DNA of 64,000 bases. Origin: Calditrichia bacterium (GTDB lineage Bacteria; Calditrichota; Calditrichia; JAJRVZ01). The stretch is taken from the NCBI GenBank assembly GCA_963796965.1, contig CAWCNS010000008.1, positions 332,379 through 396,378 on the forward strand. Direction: 5' to 3'. The translations under genes were made by a program, and so were the position numbers. Under the pieces are notes generated by a model. That model saw nothing but the letters and a program-made list of their open reading frames with translations, did no database searches and had not been told where the DNA came from. Shown in pieces: positions 30,269-41,064 of the stretch (its first letter is position 1; each line of letters starts with the position of its first letter).

Positions 30269-30526
30269 TTAAAATTGCGGATTGATGTAAATCCGGTTCC
30301 ATGGTTCTCCGGAAATGATTCCTCTTAAACCAATTTCCCCGTCATAGACGAGTCGGTCATTCTTTTGATAAAAAGCCCTAAAGTCCATCCAGGTTTGAAA
30401 ATCTGTATCAGTAGAATCCTGGGCCAATATGTTGGATACTGAAATTAATATATATATAAATAACCAGATAGATAAAGTTGGCAATCTTTTCCTATTCAAC
30501 ATGATAGGTAGCAAGGAGTTATGCAT
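30269..30526 (-). pseudogene. Truncated N-terminal fragment of a DUF2490-like outer-membrane protein
   Basis: Signal peptide then DFQTWMD...GEIGLR...WNRIYINP, stopping abruptly in AT-rich DNA. Confidence 0.45.
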
Positions 30527-30601
30527 TTTTTTATTTTGTATAAATTAATGATTTATTATAAAAATTCCCATCACTTTATTTAACAATCTTAATGCAACGA
30601 A

Positions 30602-30727
30602 TAATGCCCAATGTCAAAACCTAAATGCCAAATCAAATCCAAATAACTCAATCCCAAAATTAAACTATGCAATTAAGCATTTAGTATTGGGCATTCAATT
30701 GGCATTTGGATTTGGACATTTGACATT
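30602..30727. repeat. Family B element
   Basis: AATGTCAAAACCTAAATGCCAAATCAAATCCAAAT ... ATTGGCATTTGGATTTGGACATTTGACATT. Confidence 0.8.
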
Positions 30728-30869
30728 AATATGCAACGCAAAATCCTTGCCATTTATTTTTGCTAAACAAGGTAACCTTTTCCAAAAATATCAGTATACC
30801 CCAATTATAAGACCTTCCATTTCCAACAGTATTATTCTATTCAATTATGGACTTTTTAAGGAGATCACG

Positions 30870-31883
30870 ATGCGAAAGGCCTGTTTAATGTTCTCATTTT
30901 TAATCATTCTCATCGGCTGTGAAACGTCTAAAGAATCGAAAACCGTAATGAATGATATACCAAAACTGAGTGGTGCTTACCTGGGACAATCAACTCCGGG
31001 AGACAGTGCCGAATTATTTGCACCCGGTTTTATATCAACAGGCATGTATAACCGTGATATGGCCATGACACCTGATGGCAATGAAATCTTTTTCTGCGTA
31101 TCCACAATGGGATTAAACCTCATATTCTTCACCAAACAAGTAGAGGGTGTCTGGACAGAACCACAGGTGGCACCGTTCATCACCGATTTCGAATACATGT
31201 ATTATGAGCCACACATTGTTCCTGATGGTAGTAAGTTATTATTTCTTTCAAACCGACCGCGTGTTGAAGGCCAGAAACCGAATGAGGACATCTGGGCAGT
31301 AAAACGTGAGGGTGATACATGGGGAGAGCCCTACAATCTTGGTGAGCCCATTTGCACAGAAGATGCCGAGTACTTTCCTTCAGTCACGAGGGATGGCACC
31401 TTATATTTCAGTCGTCAAAAAAGAGGCGAACGGACTACATTTATCTATCGATCCCGCATAAAGGATGGTGTCTATCAGGAACCTGAAAAACTGGGTCCAG
31501 AGGTTAATTGCGGAACATCCCGCTATAATGCTTTTGTGGATCCCGAGGAAAAATTCTTGATCATTCCTTCACTAGGGATGAAAGACACACGTGGAGGGAC
31601 TGATTATTATATTGTTTTCCGGGATAAGGATGATACCTGGCATAAACCGATTAATATGGGTGATCGGATAAACACAAAGAGCGGACGCGAATATTCACCT
31701 TATATATCTCCTGATGGGAAGTATTTTTTCTTTATGTCCTCAAAAAGTTCTCTGGGAAATGCATCTTCTTTAGAAGAAATTTCGTATAGTGAATTATTAG
31801 ACAAACAATGTCAATCTCAAAACGGCAATTCAGATATCTATTGGATCGACGCTTCTTTTATTAATGAATTAATAGCAAACTAA
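30870..31883 (+). CDS. PD40/TolB-like beta-propeller lipoprotein
   Basis: LIGC lipobox; YLGQ.TPG..LFAPGFIST, TPDGNEIFF, PYISPDGKYFFF, DIYWIDA. Confidence 0.82.
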   Translation: MRKACLMFSFLIILIGCETSKESKTVMNDIPKLSGAYLGQSTPGDSAELFAPGFISTGMYNRDMAMTPDGNEIFFCVSTMGLNLIFFTKQVEGVWTEPQVAPFITDFEYMYYEPHIVPDGSKLLFLSNRPRVEGQKPNEDIWAVKREGDTWGEPYNLGEPICTEDAEYFPSVTRDGTLYFSRQKRGERTTFIYRSRIKDGVYQEPEKLGPEVNCGTSRYNAFVDPEEKFLIIPSLGMKDTRGGTDYYIVFRDKDDTWHKPINMGDRINTKSGREYSPYISPDGKYFFFMSSKSSLGNASSLEEISYSELLDKQCQSQNGNSDIYWIDASFINELIAN

Positions 31884-31986
31884 AACAAAAGAATCCAGCA
31901 TATATTCTTAAATATTTTAGGGATGAATTTATCTATCAATCAGGAACCAGGCAGAATTGATGCACATGTAATCATTAGGGGGCTCC

Positions 31987-32349
31987 ATGTTATTGTCATT
32001 TGATGAATTCATGCAGGCAAGCATGCAAAATGGCGCTATCTATGCGATCCGTAAGACAAAAGAGAACCAAGCTGATCCTGCTAAAATTAATTTTAATGAA
32101 TCAGAAGTAAATGATCTTGGTTACCAATTTATGAATGAAATGAACCGCATCGATGATGCCATAGAAATATTTAAATTCAATCTTAGTTTATATCCCCGGT
32201 CAGCAAATGCCTATGATAGCCTTGGGGAGGCCTACTTTATCAAAGGTGACCAGGAAGGTGCACTTGATAACTATCGCAAATCACTCGAACTTAATCCAAC
32301 CAATAAGAACGCACAACATATGTTGAGGCAATTAAGGTTTATGCATTAA
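31987..32349 (+). CDS. Small TPR protein (resembles the C-terminal TPR module of larger hydrolases)
   Basis: NDLGYQF..AIEIFKFN..YPRSANAYDSLGEAY..YRKSLELNP. Confidence 0.7.
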   Translation: MLLSFDEFMQASMQNGAIYAIRKTKENQADPAKINFNESEVNDLGYQFMNEMNRIDDAIEIFKFNLSLYPRSANAYDSLGEAYFIKGDQEGALDNYRKSLELNPTNKNAQHMLRQLRFMH

Positions 32350-32350
32350 T

Positions 32351-32458
32351 CAATGTCCAATGGCAAATGAATATCCAATTTTAATGCTTAAATCAGGGAA
32401 ATAGTGTTTGTAATTGAGTCATTCGAACTTGATTTGACATTTAGGCCTGGACATTTGA
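32351..32458. repeat. Family B element
   Basis: CAATGTCCAATGGCAAATGAAT ... TTGATTTGACATTTAGGCCTGGACATTTGA. Confidence 0.7.
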
Positions 32459-32711
32459 AACTCAATGGTTTAATATCTATCATTTAAATCTTTCTGACAA
32501 ATAAATCCTATCATCTCAATCCCATCAATGTGATACAAATTAATTGGAAATTTTATCTCTTAGATTGCTGTTACTATTCAAAAAAAAGGAACATTCAGTA
32601 TATAGAGTCATGACTCATTGACATTCAGAGGATTAATGTGATTTTTCAAATTTAAAAAAGTACATTTATGGAAAGACTATTTTCAATTCACCATCTAACC
32701 AGGAAAAGAAA

Positions 32712-34323
32712 ATGCAGCAACCCGACAATTGTATCATCGTTATTTTTGGCGGATCCGGAGATTTAACAAAACGAAAGCTGGTACCAGCCCTGTTTAATCT
32801 TTCCCGTCATAAACTGATGCCCCAAAAGTTTGTCATTCTCGCCCTCGGTCGCAAAGAATTTACTGATGTAGCTTTTCGCCGGAGCATGAAAGAGGGAATT
32901 ATAAATTTCACAAAAACTCAGAGTGATAAAAAGAAGGACATTGACTCCTTTCTAAAATTTGTGCATTATCAGAATTTGGATGTTTCCAAACAAGAGGACT
33001 TTGCGAATCTCAGTTCCAGGTTGAATGAGTTAGATAAAGTATATCAAACGAAAAATAATATACTGTTTTATTTAGCCATGCCTCCGGTTACATTTATTCA
33101 AATCGCCCAAAATCTTAAAAAGCAAAATCTTCACTTGCAGAATAATGGTAGTGGCTGGAAAAGAATTGTTTTTGAAAAACCCTTTGGACACGACCTGGAT
33201 TCTGCTCAAAAATTAAACTCAGGGATACAGAAAATATTTCAGGAAGACCAGATTCTTCGTATCGATCATTATCTGGGCAAAGAAACTGTTCAGAATGTAT
33301 GCGCCTTCCGATTTTCTAATATAATATTTGAATCATTATGGAACCGTAATTATATCCACCATATCGAGATAACAGCTTCTGAAAAAATTGGCGTGGAAGA
33401 TCGTGGTGGTTATTACGATAAGGCAGGAGCTCTGCGTGATATGGTTCAAAATCACCTGCTACAGATTGCAACAGTGATAGCCATGGAACCTCCCATAAGG
33501 TTCGATTCACCTTCCTTGCACAACGAAAAGATTAAAGTGTTCAAAACATTAAGACAGACTTAGCAAGAGTGAAATTCAGAAGAATGTCATACGGGGACAA
33601 TATCTATCTTCGAAAATTGGAAAAGAGGAGATTAAGGCCTACCGTGAGGAAAGTGGCGTTGACGCGGACTCAAAAACTGAAACATTTGTGGCTATGAAGT
33701 TTTTTATTGATAACTGGCGCTGGGGAGGCGTTCCTTTTTATATCCGGACAGGCAAACACCTTCCAACAAGGGTGACAGAAGTCGTGATACATTTTAAGAA
33801 AATCCCACACCAATTGTTCAATGAAGACACAAATAGTAAGGTTAAGGACAACCAGCTGATTTTGCGTATTCAGCCTGATGAAGGTATCCTAATAAAATTT
33901 GGCATGAAACTGCCAGGTGCCAATTATAATATTAAATCCGTTGATTTGGATTTTCATTACTCAGATCTTTCAGATATATATCTGCCTGAAGCATATGAAC
34001 GTTTATTGTTAGACGCGATACTCGGTGACAGTAGTCTCTATGCCCGGGCCGACGAAGTAGAAGCCAGTTGGGAATTCATCAATCCAATTCTTCAGGCTTG
34101 GCAGAATAATCCCAATATACCGATCTATGGCTACCCGGCGGGTACATGGGGTCCTCCCGAAGCCCGCGAACTGTTTGATGATCCAAACGAAGACTGGCGT
34201 TATCCCTGCAAGAATCTCACCGGCGCGGATAATTATTGTGAATTAATAAAATTATTTCGCGCAGTGACGCAATATATACAAGACAAACACATAAGAAAAA
34301 GGATAAGAGAAAATGGAAACTAG
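32712..34323 (+). CDS. zwf: Glucose-6-phosphate 1-dehydrogenase; frameshift near 33558, true stop probably near 34250
   Basis: FGGSGDLTKRKL, EKPFGHD, RIDHYLGKE, RDMVQNH, WRWGGVPFYIRTGK, EAYERLL. Confidence 0.92.
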
Positions 34324-34496
34324 AACTGATAAGATAGATAGCAAACATTGTTAGATTACAATTAAAAAAAATATTGATCTTATTGCTTTTTCCATTCCAG
34401 AAAATACACGTATATTTGCGAGTGATAAAAACCTACGCGCAAAATGTGGTCAGGGCGTAAATCAAACACTCACTTATTCCCAACTCAGGACCTATT

Positions 34497-35190
34497 ATGA
34501 GGCTCTTGGTGCTTCGAGAATCTCAAGAGGCAGGTTCAAAGAAAATTTACACATTGCATTCCCCGGCGGTTCCACACCCCAAGAATTGTTCAAATATCTG
34601 AGCAGGTCCATCCATTAAGAAAATAAACTGGAAGCGCCTTCATTATTATTGGGGTGATGAACGTTGTGTGCCACCCGGATCATCCGGAGAGTAATTATGG
34701 AAACATGATGAGGATTTATTAACCAAAATAAATATCCAGGAGGCAACATTCATCGTATCCATGGTGAAATCGGACCAGAGAAGAAGTAAGGCGTTACGCT
34801 GAAGAAATCAAATCTTCCTCTAGCCGCTCGAAGAACAATTCTCCCCGGAATTCGATTGGATCATACTTGGGTTGGGGATGATGGCCATACGGCTTCTCTT
34901 TTCCCGAATATGAATTTAAGGACAACCATCCATTCAGAGATATCTGTACTATAGCTTCACATCCACAAACCAACAAAAGAGAATTTCCCTCTAACTTTAA
35001 ACGCAATCAATAATGCCAGACGTGTCTCCTTTCTGGTCAAAGGTGAATCAAAAGCATCAGTAGTAGCATCTGTTTTAAATTGTGAATCGCGAAAACTTCT
35101 CTTCCGGCCAGCCCAAGTCTCGCCGAATTCCGGAATCTTGGAATGGTTTCTGGATGGAAGCAGCCGCATCCCAAATAAAAATATCGTCGT
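34497..35190 (+). pseudogene. pgl: 6-phosphogluconolactonase, heavily frameshifted (pseudogene or poor consensus)
   Basis: Fragments in shifting frames: HIAFPGGSTP, WGDERCVPP, ESNYG, NIHRIHGE, DGHTASLFP, INNARRVSFLVKGESKA, LEWFLD; directly follows zwf. Confidence 0.8.
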
Positions 35191-35398
35191 GACATTTCTG
35201 ATCGAATGTTTTCCTTTGCATTCCTATCATTATTTGGTTAAAATCCGTAAAATTTAACAGAAATGGAAATAGGAGTTTTGGAATATTAATACTTATACTC
35301 TGTGATTAGATATGTTGCCTCGACCGTGTGTTTACACTTTTTAACAAACCTTGAAAATATTAAAGTTGGTTTTTATGTTCAGTGAGCCCAAGGGTCGT

Positions 35399-35466
35399 GT
35401 CATGCTGCAAGGATCTTCCTCCATTTATTAGGGCCCTATATGGAAGAAGATCCTTGCAGGATGACA
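35399..35466. repeat. Long hairpin, family C-like ends (GTCAT...ATGAC)
   Basis: GTCATGCTGCAAGGATCTTCCTCCAT-N15-ATGGAAGAAGATCCTTGCAGGATGAC. Confidence 0.7.
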
Positions 35467-35598
35467 GCAAACCCATGGTCAGGATATCACAATTTATAAA
35501 TATGTGTAAACACGTAGTCAAGTCAAAAAAGATTAGACATAAAGAGTTCCGAATTACTAATTACGCTATCTTTTTTTTAGCTATAAATGGGGGAATTA

Positions 35599-36434
35599 AT
35601 GCAGCGCAAAATTATAGAGATCATCGAAGAAAAATGTGATGGCTGTGGGCAATGCTTACCAGAATGCCCAGAAGGCGCCATTCAAATTATAGATGGTAAA
35701 GCCCGTCTTATCAGCGATCTGTTTTGTGATGGTTTGGGGGCCTGTATCGGACATTGCCCAACCGGCGCCATACAGGTCATCGAACGTGAGGCTGAGCCCT
35801 ACGACGAAATACGCGTGATGGAAAACGTAGCCCGCCAGGGTCAAAACACCATCAAAGCTCATCTCCAGCATCTGCAGGATCATGGTCAGGTAAATTTTTT
35901 AGAACAAGCCCTGTCATATTTAAAAGATAATGACATTGTTGTTCCAGACTGGAAAACCGAAGTTGCTGCCTGTACTCAGGGATCGAGCTGTCCAGGTTCA
36001 CAAAATACCGTTTTAATTGATCAGATTCAGGCACCTGATAATTCTCCGGACGTTCCTTCAGCCCTTAGCCACTGGCCGATACAGATGCATCTTGTCTCAC
36101 CAATGGCACCACAATTTGTCGGATCAGATCTGGTGCTAGCCTGCCGATTGTGTGGCTTTTACCCTGGGAAATTTCCACCAGAAATTTCTCCCCGGAAAAA
36201 CCCTTGCAATCGCTTGCCCTAAACTTGACGAACAGCAACAGATTTATTTGGATAAATTAAAAGTGCTGATAGATCAGGCGAAGATCAAATCTCTGACAGT
36301 AATGATCATGCAGGTTCCCTGCTGCCGTGGCTTGATGATGCTAGCTCAGGAAGCCGTTAATACTTCGACTACGGAACATACCCATTAAAATGATTATGGT
36401 GGGTATTAAGGGTGAGATCTTGCAGGAGCAGTAG
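35599..36434 (+). CDS. 4Fe-4S dicluster ferredoxin-domain protein; frameshifts near 36145 and 36375
   Basis: CDGCGQCLPECP and CDGLGACIGHCP; HWPIQMHLV, IACPKLD, MQVPCC. Confidence 0.85.
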
Positions 36435-36456
36435 TGACTTAAGTCGAATACTATAT

Positions 36457-36620
36457 TTCTCACGCAGAGACGCGAAGACGCAAAGATTTAATAAATATAT
36501 AGAATAATACAAAATGCAGGAAGCATGATTCCATAGATCACTGAATTCAAGAGATATATTTATTTTTGTTATTTATGTAATTTCCATTAGATTCTTTGCG
36601 TCTTGCGTCGCTGCGTGAAA
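36457..36620. repeat. Family A element
   Basis: TTCTCACGCAGAGACGCGAAGACGCAAAG ... CTTTGCGTCTTGCGTCGCTGCGTGAAA. Confidence 0.85.
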
Positions 36621-36645
36621 AATTCTAAACCTAGTGTAAATCAAA

Positions 36646-38148
36646 ATGATTGAAAAAATCCGAAAACAATGGGAGACCAATCCCCTCCCCCTGATCATGG
36701 TCGCTGCGATCATTTTTAGATTGCTGGCCGTAATCTTTTCCAAGGGCTATGCCATGTCGGACGATCACTTTGTGATCATCCGTATTGCCCAACGTTGGCT
36801 TGATGGCTATAATGACTGGTTTGACATGGATCATCCAAGTGGCTTTAGTTTAGTCTACCCAGGTCTACATTATATTCTGTTTTATTTCCTGAAGCTCAGT
36901 CAGCATCACTGATCCTCAGGTTAAAATGTTTATTGTGCGCTTCTTGCATGCCGCCTATTCCCTGTTGATTGTATACTATGGCTATCAGATAACGATAAAA
37001 TTGGGTAATCAGAAAACTGCTAAGCATGTTGGCATATTTCTGGCTCTCTATTGGCTCCTCCCGTTTATGAGTGTTCGAAATCTGGTTGAGGTCGTTTGTA
37101 TCCCTCCCATGATGATAGGTTTTTATCTGGGTCTTAAAAGTGATGAGAGAAATCAATTAAAATTATGGATTTTAGCCGGATTCCTTTTTGGACTTACCTT
37201 TGCCATTCGTTATCAAACATTATTAATAACCGGTGGTATCGGATTGGTTTTGATAACACAAAAAAGATGGCAGCCATTTCTTTACTATTCAACAGGTGTG
37301 ATATTGGGATTGTTTATATTACAAGGAGTGGTAGATACAATTGCCTGGGGTTACCCTTTTGCCGCCTTTATTCAATATACCGGCTATAATGTTGATTATC
37401 GGTATGCGTACGTGGTAGGTCCCTGGTATCGGTATATCCTTCTCATCAGCGGTGTTTTAATTCCACCTATAAGTTTTTACCTCATATTTGGGGCATTGAA
37501 AACCTGGAAAAAATATGCTCTTTCTTCTGGCCAGTATTCATCTTTTTTGTATTTCATAGTTATTATCCCAATAAGCAGGAACGTTTTATCCTTCCCATTC
37601 TTCCATTTCTTGTAATTCTTGGTTTTTTAGGTTGGAATCAATATATAGAAAATTCGAAGTTTTGGCTAAAACATAAAAAACTATTAAAAGGGACTTGGAT
37701 CTGGTTCTGGATTGTCAATAGTATTTTATTAATTACATTATCTCTCACCTACACGAAAAGAACGATGGTCGAACCCTTGACCTATCTATCCAATAAAACT
37801 GATCTCAATGCTGTGGTTCTGGAGTATCCGGAGGATAGTATGCCCTGGTTTCCACGTTTTTACATGGAGAACCAGGTGAGAGTCTACCGCTTTTTCAAAG
37901 GTTCAAAAGATGAGGAGATAAAAAAACAGATTAATTCTGCTCAACATGGGACACCAAAATATTATTATTTTTATGGAAATGACAATCTTGAGAGCCGTAT
38001 AAAAAAGATGGAAGTCTTCCTGGAGATCAATCTGGTTTTTGAGAAAAAGATAAATCCCAGTAATATCGATTGGTTGGTTCATACTCTCAATCCCAAACAC
38101 AATAAAAATCATACGGGGTATATATATCGGTTGACGGCTAGAAAGTGA
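36646..38148 (+). CDS. GT-C fold membrane glycosyltransferase (Alg9/PMT-like); frameshifted
   Basis: RLLAVIFSKGYAMSDDHF, VRNLVE, IRYQ, NKQERF in an alternative frame; ORFs 36646, 36926 and 37765 join. Confidence 0.72.
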
Positions 38149-38150
38149 TA

Positions 38151-38425
38151 TGAGATGCCGGATTTGAGGAAACGGGATGCGTGTTACGGGATGCGGGATG
38201 ATCGATACGCGATATTAAATAGGAGGACACATAGACTGTCTCCCTTAAAAAAGCCTGTCCTGAGCGAATAGGATGGAGGGCTAGGGTTGTAGATTTTTCA
38301 AAGAAATCTCCAATGTCCAGGCCCAAATGCCAAATCAATTCAAAATACTCAATATCAAATAGTATTGACAATTTGAGACTTGGATTTTGGAAATTCATTT
38401 GGCATTTGGATTTGGACATTTGAAA
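38151..38425. repeat. Composite repeat cluster (7-nt periodic arm, family D-like piece, family B element)
   Basis: CGGGATGCGTGTTACGGGATGCGGGATG; TCTCCCTT..CCTGTCCTGAGCGAATAGGATGGAGGGCTAGGG; CAATGTCCAGGCCCAAATGCCAAAT ... ATTTGGCATTTGGATTTGGACATTTG. Confidence 0.65.
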
Positions 38426-39575
38426 TTAAATGGACGTATTTTCAATAAACCAATTATTCGTCTACAGTAACCATCATTCAATGTATTTAAAAAAACCACA
38501 ATATCATCCACTTCCTGTTCACTCAAACCAAGATTTCCTAATTCATCTTTATTAACATTTTCACTCACTTCAGGAGCCGGCCAGGGCCCGATATCGCGTG
38601 TATTATAGAATGATACCGCTTCCCGCAACGTTTGAAATACGCCATTATGCATATAAGGAGCTGTCAGTGACACATTACGCATGGTCGGAACTCTGAACTT
38701 ACCGTTCTCCGTAACCTTCCCTACTATCGCTCCTAATCCCAGATCAACATAATCCGGACCATCAGGATTGTGTGTTTTATCGAGATAGTAAAACGGATTG
38801 GCCGGATTCTTAGGAACGCCCAAATTGTCATAACTAAAATCTGTAAACAGTGGAGGTGTACCATCCTCTCCTGCATTGCTTGGATGGCAGGCGGCACAAT
38901 TCCCTTTAGTAGGGCTGTTAAAGGTTATCATTCCTCGCATTTCCTGCGCGCTGAGTTCTACCTTTCCTTTTAGAAAATAATCAAATTTTGAGGTAAATGG
39001 ATTTAATTCAGATGATCGTTCGTATTCGGCAATGGCGGATGCAAAATATTCAAAAGCCTTCTCCGGATCATCGAGTGCATTGCTTCCAAATTCTTTTCGA
39101 AATAATTCCGCATATGGGGCTTTTCTAATTGAAGCGACAATTGCTTTGTTGTCCCGGTTTGCCATCTCAAGTGGATTTAATGGAGGTCCCACTGCCTGCT
39201 CCTCCAACGAGTTGGCCCGTCCGTCCCAAAAAAGACCTCCCAGATACATTTGCTCAGTCTCATCAAAATATAATTCTGGTATATACATTGTATACATGGC
39301 AGTGAGATCATTGCGGTTACCAAACCTGGTTTTATGAGCACCTTGTGATACAGGTAAATGCGGATTGGGATCAGCAAAAGCAAAATCCGGGTCATGACAA
39401 CTGGCACAGGATTGACCGGGTGGTGTTGAAAGGCTTTCATCAAAAAACAAAATTTTCCTAATGCCTGCATGGAAGTCAGTTCGGTCTCTTTAAGATTTGA
39501 TGATGAATCTTTCATGCAGGCAAAAGAAAACAAGATTAAAATGAAAGCAAAGAAAAGTAATGTTGTTATCCGCAT
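38395..39575 (-). CDS. Diheme cytochrome c peroxidase / MauG family lipoprotein; frameshift near 39455
   Basis: CASCH and CAACH; FWDGRA.SLEEQA.GP.LNPLEM; FRVPTMRNV..TAPYMHNG; signal FACM upstream in another frame. Confidence 0.9.
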
Positions 39576-39847
39576 TTTAATTCCCCATTTTAATTCAACA
39601 TAATTTTAAATATTCAGATGATTTTAGAAAGATGTACTAATATATATAATTTTTAGATGAAAAGACTTCTGAAATATGCATCTTTTACATATTTTATTAG
39701 AGAGATTTAGTTAATATTTATTGAAAGATATAATTCCGGAATAAATACTTGCCAATGTTTTTAATTTGTCTTAAAATAATTGTCTCATCATCAAAAATAT
39801 ACTTTATAATAAAAAACAACACCATTTTATCATCAAAGAGCGATACT

Positions 39848-40981
39848 ATGAAACTATGTTTATTGATTATTTCAGGTGTAATTCTACTTAGCCTGATTTC
39901 CTGTGGCGGTGGAGAGACATCACAGATGTCTGCTCCGGCCATCCCTGTTTATCAGGTCAAGGGATACGACATTCCGATTTATCATGAGTTTGTTGGACAG
40001 ATATATGGCTATAAAGATATTGCCATTCGTGCCCGGGTCGAAGGTTTTTTAGAAGGTATCTATTTCCAGGAAGGATCGAATGTCCTAAAAGGTACTAAAT
40101 TATATACGGTTGAAAGCCAGCCTTTTGAAGCCGATGTTGCGGCAAAGATGAGCCGGCTTGCTGAAGCCCAAACGATGCTGGCAAAAGCGCAAAGTGATTT
40201 AAACCGGATAAAACCATTGGCAGAACAGAATGCTGTCAGTCAGAGTGATCTAGATGGCGCAGTTGCCCAATACGAAGCCTCTGTTGCTTCAGTTGAAGCT
40301 GCTAAGGCTAATCTGCGGGCGGCAAGAATCAACTGAGTTATACGCAAATTTATTCCCCTATTTCCGGAATTATTGGCAGAACAAAAGCAAAAGTAGGTGA
40401 TTTTGTTGGCCGTGAGCCAAATCCGGTTATACTCAATGTGGTCTCCAGGATTGATACGATGCTCGTCCAATTTTTTATTACCGAAAGACAATACTGAAAA
40501 TTGCCCGATTTGTGCAATCTGAGTCACGGATTCAGTAAGAAAGGGTATAGAGAAAGACCGGTTTAAACTAATTTTGGTGGATGGATCTGTCTATGAGCAT
40601 CCTGGGAGAATTAGATTTCGTAGATCGAGAGGTGGATCCCACAACCGGAGCCATGTTGGTTCAAGCCTCTTTTCCCAATCCGGACGAACTATTGCGTCCC
40701 GGACAATTTGCCAAGGTGAAAGCCCGCATGGCTGTAATTCCTGATGGCATCATGATCCCGCAGAGATGTATCACAGAATTACAGGCAAGATACAGTGTCA
40801 TGATTGTAAACGAAAAAACGCGGTTGAAATGAGAGAAGTCAAAGTGGGACCAAAAATCAGTGATTTTTGGGTAATTACAGAAGGGCTGGCCCCGGGAGAA
40901 AAAGTTATCTATGAGGGCTTACAAAAAGTGAGAGAAGGTGGAAAGGTAAATCCAATATCGAAGATAAAACCAACTATCTAA
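39848..40981 (+). CDS. RND efflux periplasmic adaptor (MFP); several frameshifts
   Basis: LISC lipobox, IRARVEGFL, VDPTTG..FPNPDELLRPGQF, GL.PGEKVIYEGLQK. Confidence 0.87.
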
Positions 40982-41064
40982 GCCGGTATGCAGGTTACGA
41001 TGATTGTACCTACGTTAGATAGGGTTTATAAAAGACAATTCATTATTATTACTAGTAAAATTAT

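Noticed and set aside
38138..38419. 93-aa ORF, and similar ORFs at 59406-59651, 47031-47243 and 35382-35639
   Set aside because: They derive from periodic repeat arms or hairpins, with low-complexity repeat-encoded peptides
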